A DNA stretch of 64,000 bases from Sphagnum compactum (taxonomy: Eukaryota), in NCBI GenBank assembly GCA_965153455.1, contig OZ234493.1, positions 28,758,213 through 28,822,212 of the forward strand, written 5' to 3'. Below the pieces are notes generated by a model. That model did no database searches and had not been told where the DNA came from. It saw nothing but the letters and a program-made list of their open reading frames with translations. Shown in pieces: positions 53,225 through 64,000 of the stretch (position 1 is the first letter of the stretch; the number at the start of each line of letters is the position of its first letter). A program made the translations under genes and the position numbers.

Positions 53225-53872
53225 TGGTTTTTGCCTTTTCGGTTTTCTTTGGTAGCCAAATTTGTTACACTGCAAGCCAGAGTGTTTTTTTTTTTGGGAT
53301 TATTATTCCTTTTTTTGTTTTTGGTTTTCTTTGGGTAGCCAAATTTGTTACACTTCAAGCCATAGTTTTTTTTTTTTGGAAATTCCTTTTTTTTTTTTTT
53401 TTTTGGTTTCCGTTGGTAGCCAAATATGTTACACTGTAAGCCACAGTTTTTTTTTTTTTTTCCCGAATTTTTTTTTCTTTTTTGGTTTTCTTTACACTTC
53501 AAGCCATAGTTTTTTTTTTTGGAAATTCCATTTTATTTTATTTTTTTGGTTTCCTTTGGTAGCCAAATATGTTACACTGTAAGCCACAGGTTTTTTTTTT
53601 TTTTTCCCGAATTTTTTTTTCTTTTTTGGTTTTCTTTGGTAGCGAAATTTATTATTCTCCAAGCCAGTTTTTTTTTTTTTTTTTTTTTTTTCGAATTTCT
53701 TTTACTTTTCTGGTTTTCTTTGGTAGTGAAATTTGTTACACTGCCAGCCAGTGGCATTTTTTTTTTTCGAATTTCGAATTTCATTTTCTTTTTTCGTTTT
53801 CTTTGGTAAGCGAAATTTGCTACACTGCCAGCCAATGTGTTTTTTTTTTGTTTTTTTTCAAATTTCTTTTGG
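53225..53872 (+). repeat. Tandem array of ~60-75 bp units with poly-T spacers
   Basis: About 8-9 copies of GGTTTTCTTTGGTAGCCAAATTTGTTACACTGYAAGCCA followed by T-runs. Confidence 0.85.
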
Positions 53873-55098
53873 TGCGTCGTCGTCATATGCCAGAATCCCA
53901 AAGGGGATTTAGCATTAAATGGCGACAGGTTTGTAGAACATGGCCAAAATGTGAAAATCTGGTAAGAAAAAAATTTCCCTCACTCTTAATAGTCCAAGTG
54001 AAAATGTTACCCAAAATCTTTAAACTTTTACTCTCTCTTTTTTTCCTTTTTTTTTTTCCTCCCCTCCAAATTTGACTATTTTATAAAACACAAGGAATAT
54101 GCGAAATAATATGCCCTTTTCATGTTCCCACCGCCCCCCCCACATTCCCGCGAAATTTCGCACCAGAAAAGAAAAAGCTTCTGCCAGCCGCGGTTTCTTT
54201 TTTGTTTTTGGGGCGAAATTTCCCACATGCCAGCCAGTGGCTTGGGTGAGATGAGTACTGTGTGAAAGGCCTAAATGAAATCGGGCCGTTGAAATCAGCC
54301 CTTGTACTGACACTCAATGTCTCAGCACGTTATGAAAAATTTGTTCCAGAAAGCAACCAAGCATCATGCTTGCATCATTGTTGTTCTTGAACATTATGCA
54401 TGCATGCATGCAAGTGATGGTCATTTGATACACTGATGGTCTTCTCATCAACCATTATAATCAAAGTGATCTTTGTGCATGCCCGGTGAACCAAATCTGA
54501 AAGCAATTCAAATACATCATAAAAGAAATTTCCAAAATTCACACTCAGAACTAACAGCACACCATAAGCATAAGTATGTAAGATCAATGAGTGCATAGGC
54601 ATTCAAGTTCAATTAAGTATTTGAATAGTTGGCTACATCCTAAGATGTCAACACAAAAACCCTGAACAAAAAATATAACAGCAAGCTTTGGAAACCTAAT
54701 GTAAAAGAGATAGATGGGCATAGCCGCTCATGCAACAGACTGTGTCAGGACATGGAAAGGATATGTTACAGATCCTCCTGGTGTAGGGCACACGTCAGAG
54801 AGCAATAAACCTTCCAAGCCACCTTTTCAGCATCTGATGCTGTAGTAGTGTATAGCCATGTTTCTCCTATGTTTAAGCACCATATTCCTTTGCCATGTGG
54901 AGATTCATAACCCATCTAATCTAAGCTCCAAAATTGCACCATAATCTATAGCAGAATTTTTCTGCTGATATAATAACTGTGTTAACCTCCATTATCTAAC
55001 TCAAATACACCATAAAACTGCCCTCAATAAGCAACACTAATAAGAATAGTGAAAGATGTGACTCCATGTGATCCTCAAATTTGCTGATGATCACACTG

Positions 55099-57227
55099 CT
55101 ATGACCTTTGGCTTTTCAGAGACGGCTCCAAACCATGGTAACTCAGATACCATTTAACAAATTTCTTCAGACCTACATCCAGGTTGGTGGTGGGATTGTA
55201 GCCTAGTTGAGAATGGGCAAGGGACACATTAGCATGTGTGAAAGGAACATCGCCATTCCTGGGCATTTTAATTGTGTTCTTCTTGGCTTTCACCTTCAGG
55301 TGTTTTTCAAGAATGCTGACCAAGTTAGGCACTGTAACAGGTGAAGTGTTACCCAGATTAAATATCCGCAATGGTGCTGGACCCTTCTTCTTACCCCCAC
55401 TTCCAGTGCTCTTTCCTGCTGTATCCAGTGAGGCCACACACCCCTTCACAACATCATCAATATATGTGAAATCACGTGCCAAATCTTGCTTGTTGGCACC
55501 CTGGAAAATACTGATCGGTTTGCCTTTCAGAATATCACGGGTGAAGGAGAAATAGGCCATATCTGGCCGCCCCCAAGGCCCATACACAGTGAAGAATCGG
55601 AGGCCAGTTATGGACAGCCCATAGATGTGATTATATGTGTGGGCAATTTCCTCACCTGCCTTCTTGGTTGCTGCATAAAGGCTTGCCGGCTGGTCTGTTC
55701 GATCATTCTCAGAAAAAGGCACCTGAATTGAAAAAAAAACACCATATAGTCAGCCAACAGTCACATAAGAAAATATCAGGAGCATCTCCATTGTGATCCT
55801 TCTAACAAGGAACTCTCCTAGAATGAGCAACCAGCAACTGCTCTTTCCCACCAATTTGTTAACAATTTCAGTCAGTATGTCGACATTCAAACCCACTGTA
55901 GTAAAAGTTCCTCTGCAGGGCTCTACTCACTTAATTGAATTGTCTCTGTGAACTCAATTATGCATGTCTAGACCATGTACTAGGTGGGAGCCATTTGAGG
56001 TATGAAAGAGCAAACAGAACCTTAAAGCCCACAACTGCATACAGAAATGCACTTGGAAAGATTTTTTTGAAGTAACAGTCAACATCAAACAAGGTCATTG
56101 GAGCAACCTTTTCGAGGAGGGTCATTTTTAACTGACTGTTTACCCCAGGGTTCTCCTATGCAAATGTCCCCAGCTCCAACTCCCTTTCACAGGAGCCATT
56201 TTCATAAGGTGGAATGAAATCATAAACTCAAGTCACACACTCACGTACTTGGAACATGCACACTGCATCCATACCTTGCTGTTCAGCCCATACACTGAAC
56301 TTGATGATGCCCACACAATTGCTGGTTGTGGATTAGCATCCTTGCAGGCCTCCAAAAGGGTGACAAATCCAGCAATGTTACTGTGAACATATGAGCCAGG
56401 GTTTTGCATTGCATAGCGGACACCAGCTTGGGCGGCAAGATGCATCAAATGTGTGAACTGGATCAGATCAAAGAGGACTTTTAAGAGCTCTTTGTTGTTG
56501 ATGTCATCCTCAATAATGAATATCTCCTGCTTCTCCAAAAGCTCTTGCCTGGCTCGCTTCAAAGAGACCTCATAGTAGCTGTTGAAGTTGTCAATTCCCA
56601 GCACTCCATCCCCTCTCTTCTTCAAAGCAAGTGACACATGTGTTCCCACAAACCCTGCTGCACCAGTGACAAGAACAATCAAACCCTCACTCTTTTTTGG
56701 GAGACAAGATTGTCGCACCCTTGTTTCCCACACATGATCTGGCTTGAAAGCCTGTGGAATAGGGGTTACCCTAGTCATGTATTGATCAGCACCATTGTAC
56801 AAACTCATGCGGAACAAGACAAAGAGTGTCAATGCAAGAAGAATTGCTGAGCAGGAAAGAAGCCTTGCTGAGGCTGTTGAGTGCCAACGAGAGGCAACTC
56901 GACCGAAATAGTTACTGCGTTCCATTTTCACCTGCAACACTCCAACCCAAGAGATCATGTTGACACCTGACAAGAGAAGAGATTTCGAGACACATGCACA
57001 GGGTAAGTAGTGATGTGACTGAAACCATCATGTATTTAAAGAATCAAAACAAGACTAAGGCACAGAAGCATCAGCAATGCAACTCCAGCCACATTTTTGT
57101 TCCTATTATTAAGATTAAGCTGCTTATCTTTTAGGTCGAGAAAAAGAAGAAAGCATATGTGTGAAGATGGAGCTGATTATACCTTCCCAGGAGTTGATGG
57201 GAAGTTGTCTGGCACTGATGGAGGCAT
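55099..57227 (-). CDS. GAE: UDP-D-glucuronate 4-epimerase (Golgi type II membrane SDR enzyme)
   Basis: Exons 57227-57183 (MPPSVPDNFPSTPGK), 56931-56275 and 55722-55099. Motifs VLVTGAAGFVG, HLAAQAGVRYA, WASSSSVYG, YAATKK, GLRFFTVYGPWGRPDMAY and RDFTYIDD, plus an N-terminal TM segment. Confidence 0.96.
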
Positions 57228-59858
57228 GTTATTCAATGTCTTCAAATAAGAACTTATCTATATAAAAGCTTCCGGATGCCCTCGTGATTTCATGCACTTG
57301 TGGAGAGGCCGTACTCCTCTTGAGGGCTAACTCAGTCCCGAGTAGTGACAGGAATCTCCCCTACCTTCTTCCCCAGCTCCTTCTGACTGGATGTACAGAT
57401 GGACAACACACATTTCCCTTAAGATGTTTCAAACGGTTCTTGTTTTGTGAAGGAAATGGCGCACAGAGAGACTGAGATGTGTTACTGGTCTTTTGTGATT
57501 GTGACCAGTCAGACAAACAACCTACACAGCAGTGAACTTCTGCATGTCCAGTAAGCTGCATCTTATCAGTTAGTTGGAACACCATCATGGATACCCGAAA
57601 GGTGATTTTCTGAAGGCATCAACGCCGAAAAACAAAACTCACACGAGAGAGCAACAAAACGACAGTGAGAAGAACATGAGAGCCGCTAACGACACAGCTG
57701 TCAGGTGAACCTCCCTGCTACAACGAGAACACGTCCTAGATGAGAGAGAAAGAGAGACAGAGACACACACAGAGAATACAGAAAAAAATGCACATAGAGA
57801 GAGTAATCCGAGAATGGTCCCGAGAGAAAGAGCAAAGGTGGCGCAAACTGACCTGAAGCAATCTCGAATACAAAATTTTCCGAATCATGGCAGATACATT
57901 CCGAAGCTCGTGAACAAGAACAGATCCAGCCAGAAATAAGATAAAGATTACCCGCAATGCACTCTCATATCGCCAGAAGCCGCCGTTTCACAGGCCGTAC
58001 CACATCTCTCTCCACCACCATCACCACCAGCAGGAGCCGCAACAGGCAAAACCCGTTACAGAAAGGGAGGGAAAAAAAAATATAGAAAGAAACGCAGATA
58101 CACAGACGCAACGGAATGGAAGACGAGAAACGACAAAATGGCGAAGCGAATGCTGACAAGAGTGCGGAGAAGAAGAAGAAGAAAAGGGGAAGGAAGAATC
58201 GGACCTCGGACTACACCTCTCTCGCGAAGCAGCCAGCGACAGCAGCAGCAGCTCCAGCACTCTTCTTCCTCTCTCGTCCCGTCCGTCTCTCGCTCCGCCC
58301 GTCCGTCCGTCCGTTCGTCCGTTCGTCCTCTATGGACGTACGTAGACGACGCGAAGACGAACGTAGACGAAGGGAGTACCGGTGGTGTACAGTATAGTGT
58401 ATACAGTATGTATTCGGTGGACCCCAATTAATACATACTTACCCCATGCGGTATTAAGATTTTTTTCTTTTTAATAGTAAAAAACAAACGGGGCTGAAAT
58501 TTTCAGTAATTATTAGTGGGCTATTCTGACGAAATGTCTTCTTCACGGGCAGACAGACAGGCAGGTTGGTCAGCATGTAAAATGCCAGGAACTTCACGGC
58601 CTACATTTCCTGCCAGACGGGGTTAATGCACTTCCATACGGTACCAGTAACGAAGTCAACAGCGGTGTTTTTCACCCAAAAAAAAAAACTGCTTCAAATG
58701 AGTCTATTCTACCATTTCTTTGAAATTGTGAAGGCAGGGAATTTTTTCAACAAAAAAAATTTCCTCAGAAAAAAGAAATTATCTAAAAAATTCTTTAGAT
58801 ACAATATTTTACAATTTTCTTTAGCAAAAAAAATATATTTAATATTTATTTGGAAATAATATTTAAAAACTTTTTTAGATGTCTTTTTTTCCCCCCCCTC
58901 CCTCCCTCCTTCCCTCCCTAAAGATTGCTTCAAATCTTTTGATTTGAGGTTGAAGCTCAAGATGAATGAATACCTTACCTATCTCTTTCACATTCCAAAT
59001 TTGATGTACAAATAGAGAGGCTGAATTTAATCGTCCAAAAATTGTTGTTTTTGGGACAAGATAATTGTGAAATTTTTGGAAAAACTTTTCATTTTTTTCC
59101 AAGTATAAATTTGACTAATTTTGCTAAAAATGTTGGGAAAACTTTGCAAATTTTCAATATCACAAAAAAATAAAAATAAATAAATCCCTTGGTCAAGACT
59201 CAAAGGCACTTGCCATTTTAATAATTTTCATATAATATTTTTTAATCATTCTTTTTTTGTTAGAGTATAATCCATCACATGCCTACTAGTACACACTTCA
59301 TTATCCGATTGGTCCATGACAGAATCGGCCTCTCAAAAGCCGTAAATGTCTGGGAATGGGCTGGGCCCTGTGTGCATCAAGATGGGTACTGCACAGCACA
59401 GCCCTTGCCTATATGCCTCGCCCACTCTAAATAAGCTTGAATTCAGCTCCAGCACACTTGACCTGGCGTGATGCACACATCTTGTGTGTTCCATAGTACT
59501 AAAAAGGGCTTTGAAGGTATAACGTGCATGGGTTCCTTTGTAGCACTTGACACAACAACACATCTATGAACTACATAAAGCACATCTACTATATTCATCA
59601 ATTTGTGGGGGGTGGTGGAGGGTTTGCAGAAGAGATAATGTGAGAGATAATGTGAATGACCCAAATGGACCCAACCATGATGGAAATTGAGATGTCAGAA
59701 TCCCAAAAGTCTCACTGTGCAGAATTTTTTTTTCTGGTTGGATTTCTATTAGAGACAAGGGATCCATGAGCACCAGTGTACATAAGGTTCCGACAAGGTT
59801 GTGAATGACAATGGCTTGCCATTTGTAAGCTGAAGGTTTATCTTGCATACCTTGAAAA

Positions 59859-59944
59859 TCACATTGCAAAATCAGCTTGTTGTAGTAGAAGTCATAAGTC
59901 TTCACATTGCAAAATCAGCTTGTTGTAGTAGAAGGCATAAGTCT
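59859..59944 (+). repeat. Tandem duplication, 2 x 43 bp
   Basis: TCACATTGCAAAATCAGCTTGTTGTAGTAGAAGKCATAAGTCT occurs twice in succession. Confidence 0.9.
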
Positions 59945-61283
59945 TCTGCCGTGTGTGCAAGATGAATGGAACCTTTAGGAAGATGCGGGAGCAGGTAGCA
60001 TTTACAAGACAAATTACCCAGGGCTATACTCCTACAAGATGAGGGGAAGAAGAAAGAAGAAACAAAAATTGGGCAAAGAAAAGTGAATGGGAAAACAACT
60101 GTCACACTGCATGGACTAGTTTTTTGCCATTGTGATTTGATTGCATGTCTCTTTAACCCCAGAGACACCATCATGACACTTCACTTATGGTCATATCTCA
60201 TTCCATGATGATGATATCATGACAACCATGGGCATCAGACATGGGCACTGCTTGGTCACATCCAATCCCTGATTATTCCTATGTTGTCAAGATGTAAGCA
60301 TATTCTGGTTATTCTGCAGAATCCTGGTCTCAGATTCTGGTGTTTTCTAGTTGGGGTAGTGGGAATTATCCTTCATGCAAAGTTTACTGGAAACCCTTCC
60401 ACCATTTATCCCATAAAAAGGTGCTACACAATCAACAGGAAAATCAATATAAAACATTACTCAGGAAACTGTTTAAAGATGGAACTAAATTCGTGGCCAA
60501 CTGAAACTCAGACAGATAGATGGTTTGTGATTAGGAACTATCAGCATATTGAGGTGCACCCATAAAGGATTTGCAAATCCTTAAAATTGTTGAGTAGTCC
60601 AAGTCAATGAAATAACAGCCCAATTGGGTTCTCTGCTTGAGGTTTGAAAGGTTCATTGTTCCAGAACAACAAGACAGGAAGATGGTGGGGCTCAATGCTA
60701 CATGTAGTACTTGAGAAGCCAGAACCAAAAGATATCAGTGTTCACCACTTATACATGTGAATTTAAGGAAAAATAGTCCTGTACCTATTCTAAAATCAAC
60801 AGCACAACTGTACTTCCATAATATAGCGTTTGCAACTGGCTTCAAGTTCTCCCCCCACTACTATTCCTGCAGTTGGTTTCTAACCACTTTCAAATCTTGC
60901 AACTATTCAAAAACTGAAAAGCAAAAGCCAACCAATGAGAAATATCTGTGTACTCATAACATGAAGAGATGTTTCCTTTTTGTCCTATCATGGAGGTGCT
61001 AGAGGCCACACAAGTAAGTAAACCAAGAGGCTTGTCAAAAGCCTCAACCCTGGCCTCAAACCAACAAGCAGCAAAGCTACACTATCTCCAAACACATATC
61101 TATATTTTACTTGAGTGCTGGACAATAACAAGGGGAACTAAAATTGAGGTTAAATCATTGCTTGCACAAATCCTCAAGAAGACTCCTCACTTTGAAATTT
61201 CACACAGATAGAAGCCACATAAATGTCTACAAGGCTGTCATATATGTCCACATAATGCCTAATAATGAACCAGGTGAACCTGT

Positions 61284-62794
61284 CTATGACCCACTTTGCA
61301 AAGGATTCAAACTCTCTAGAGTCGTCTCCAGATGTTTACCCCACACAATTGTGAACTTGATATCAGCACACGCAAGAATGCTGTCATCCCCATCAAGAAA
61401 CTGGAGCTTGATCTTGTAAGAGCCCTGCACAGGGATCCAAGAATGCATCAACAACTCAACTGCCTGGTTTGCAATTATACCAACTTGCCAGCAAAGCTAA
61501 GAACTAGTGTTAACCATGACAAAACTGAACATGCTTGTTTGAGCAGCAGCCTGGTACATGCTGCACATTGCCCAGAACATACCGGGGGTGTGATTGTTGG
61601 CAGAGGCTCTGTATTCTCCAGAGTAAAACTGCCTGGACCAATTGGGCACTTTAGCTTGGAACAGATGTCATTCCGTTCCACATGCACCGGAATTCCATGG
61701 AAAGAGACTGTCACCACCACAAATGCTGTAGTGATTTCTTGATCTGCACCAACATGCTTGAAACGTCAGAGGAAGAGAATTTGTAGTTGTGAAAAAAGCT
61801 TCTATAATGTGTATTTCACCATGGAAGTGCCTTTAGCATCTACATGATACAAAACTTCTGCACACCTTCAAACAGAACTGCATGTATGTTCACAAGCTCT
61901 GTTTTCATTGAAACAGAATTGTAGTAGCACATGTCCCCAAGATAGCTCTCTAATTTGTAGATGCTCTTGGCACAACATTGCCATAAGGCAAAACGCTGTC
62001 ACCAGTTGCAGGAACCAATGATCAGTTAATCGCTGTTTAGTTTCACCAATTACACTGCACACCTGTATAGCTCTTGCTGCTATACGGAACCTCCAAGAGT
62101 CCACAAAAAAAAGGAACTTGAAGCTCTGGAAACATTCAAAGCACCCGGGAAGGGCTGAGGAAATCACCAAAACCCTCATCTAAACCCTCCTCCAAAACCC
62201 CCAAAAGTTGCTGGAACACTTACTGGCAATTGCAGGCACAATAAATGTAACATCCTCCCCACTGACTGCAGGATAAGGTTCGATTGTTACATTCTTCACC
62301 TCGACATCATATTTTGCAGACTTATCTGCAATACATAAAGCTCTCATCAGATACTGCTGCAGATCACAGACATTTGTGATGAGTCGTCTTTTCTCAACCA
62401 CTACACTTCCAAGCAAATTTTTTTATCAAAGTGCAATTAGGCAAAGAGGGCTTCATAAAAACACAAACACACACATCTCCATATTAGGATTCTGAAAACA
62501 GGACCTGAATCCCAGCGGAGATTGATTGCCTATAATATATTCCCTAAAACCTAAACCCTGAAGACACAATTCAATCGGAGAACACAACAAAACAGCGATC
62601 GGACGACGAAAAAGCAGAGGGGAAAATAAAAACGTGTTGAAGCAAAGAAACAAGAAAACCACAATACAAAACTCACCACAAAGCTCCCAACTGCTGGGAT
62701 TCACGGCGACGGCGAGTCCACCGCTGGTAAGGGACAGCAGCTCCACACATAACAAGATCAAAGAAACAGAAATTGCAGGCCATTTAACCGCCAT
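61284..62794 (-). CDS. ML (MD-2-related lipid recognition)/NPC2-like protein with signal peptide
   Basis: Exons 62794-62677, 62325-62224, 61743-61583 and 61424-61284. They give a signal peptide, then WELCDKSAKYDVEVKNVTIEPYP, DICSKLKCPIGPG, LPTITPPGSYKIKL and LACADIKF. Confidence 0.92.
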
Positions 62795-63761
62795 CGCTAG
62801 TATTTCTGAAGCACCACTGCCGTAATCTCTCCCTTGAAATCCAGAGACTTGCAAGCTCTCTGAAGAAGAGCAAGAGAGAGAGAGGAACCGACTACCCCTT
62901 TCGACTCACTAATCCTCTAACTAATTACAACTGTAAAGTCTAATTACATACTAAAAGTGTCAGCTCTCTCCCTAGTCAGTTCTCACGCAGCGGGGGCTTT
63001 CTTTAGTCGGAGTGGGATTCTAGGATTAGTGAGAACGAGAATAGGTAACTAATTGTAGTTTAATCCTTAATTAAATTTTCGTGGCAAATTGGAATCGTGT
63101 GAAGCAGATGAGATTCATAATCAACGGTCAAGCCACAGCCAAGTGTGTGGTGGTAATTCAAAGGTGAGATTCTAACTCAGTCCTTTTGCTGGATATATAT
63201 ATATAGCTAAAAAACCTACATTAAAAAAAATAAAAAATGGCTAAAATCATGTTTTTTTTGAGAGATTTTCAAAAGCCAAAATTCGACCACAAATTTTACA
63301 AAAATCGTCAGATTTCTATACATGGTTCAAGTAACTATGTAACAAAAATAATAATACAAAAAAAGGATATTCCCAAAATTTTACTCTGAAATGTAGCTTG
63401 TAGCCAAATTTGGCTAAATCTCTTTCTCTATGGATCATCCTCACTTTGGACACATCACAAAATTATGACCCCAAGAAAACGCAACTCTAATTTTAGAAGG
63501 TTGATGGCATCTGTCCCAAATTGATTTGTTTTTTTTTTTTTAAAGGGGCAAATGGGCCTCTCTGATTGGCTCAATCACCAAATGAAGAAAAATAAAAGAA
63601 AACTTTGGGTGTTGTCACAAGTTTTTAATACTAATCATACATAAAAGCCCAAGAGTAGGCCATTCCCAAAATAATTGACCTCGGATGTTTAGGTTCATGA
63701 TAACATTCCGATGAGCACAGCACCCACTAGTGTGCCATCCATTATAAACCTGTTACGTACG

Positions 63762-63870
63762 ACGGAATGGTCAAGCCCTGCACATTATGTTGCGTAATTT
63801 GCCAGGCGAGTCCGTAGTGGCGAGCTCGGTGGACACACCCAACATTCCGTGATAGTTGCGGCTATTCCGT
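63762..63870. mobile_element. Very short MITE-like element
   Basis: ACGGAATGGTC ... GGCTATTCCGT termini. A related copy (GGAATGGTCAAGCCCT..CATTATGTT) is at ~43102-43205. Confidence 0.55.
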
Positions 63871-64000
63871 GAAGTCAAAGGACTGTTGACAGACTGAACG
63901 ATTTCAAGAGAATTTTCCCATTCCACTGGGAACACTTTAGTTACGAATCATGAGTGTATGTATGATCATCATCAGAAGATTACGTCATATAACGTGGCCG

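Noticed and set aside
53225-53872. Repeat-spacer appearance resembling CRISPR
   Set aside because: The spacers are poly-T low-complexity, the repeats are degenerate, the context is eukaryotic and there are no cas genes.
53167-54075. Phe-rich and Lys-rich ORFs on both strands
   Set aside because: Artefacts of the poly-T tandem array.
59333-60174. Several short minus-strand ORFs between the GAE and ML genes
   Set aside because: No recognisable homology or consistent splicing pattern.
62905-63033. 12-bp inverted repeat CTCACTAATCCT/AGGATTAGTGAG upstream of the ML gene; possible RNA gene
   Set aside because: No tRNA, snRNA or telomerase-RNA signature and no USE/TATA promoter found; the stem is too short to call.

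Overview
Eukaryotic, intron-rich plant DNA, most likely a bryophyte. Peat moss (Sphagnum) is my inference from the repeat families, the intronic TTTAGGG motifs and an axonemal dynein remnant. Six protein-coding genes can be built from GT-AG exons: (1) the 3' part of a large, divergent RME-8/DNAJC13/GRV2-like gene that keeps all four IWN repeats, lacks the J-domain and ends in an SEA-like domain; (2) a TTC39/Iml2 TPR gene ending in an FFAT-like motif; (3) a calmodulin-like 4-EF-hand gene; (4) a USP-like domain gene of the type normally fused to a kinase, here without one; (5) an intron-containing UDP-glucuronate 4-epimerase; (6) an ML/NPC2 lipid-binding protein. Between them lie a decayed axonemal dynein heavy chain (DNAH10/DHC1-like) pseudogene, a decayed L1 LINE, a pogo-type DDE transposase remnant split by a TIR insertion, hAT and Tourist-type non-autonomous elements with target-site duplications, and several dispersed and tandem repeats. 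All family assignments rest on motifs recalled from memory and compared by eye; no search was run.
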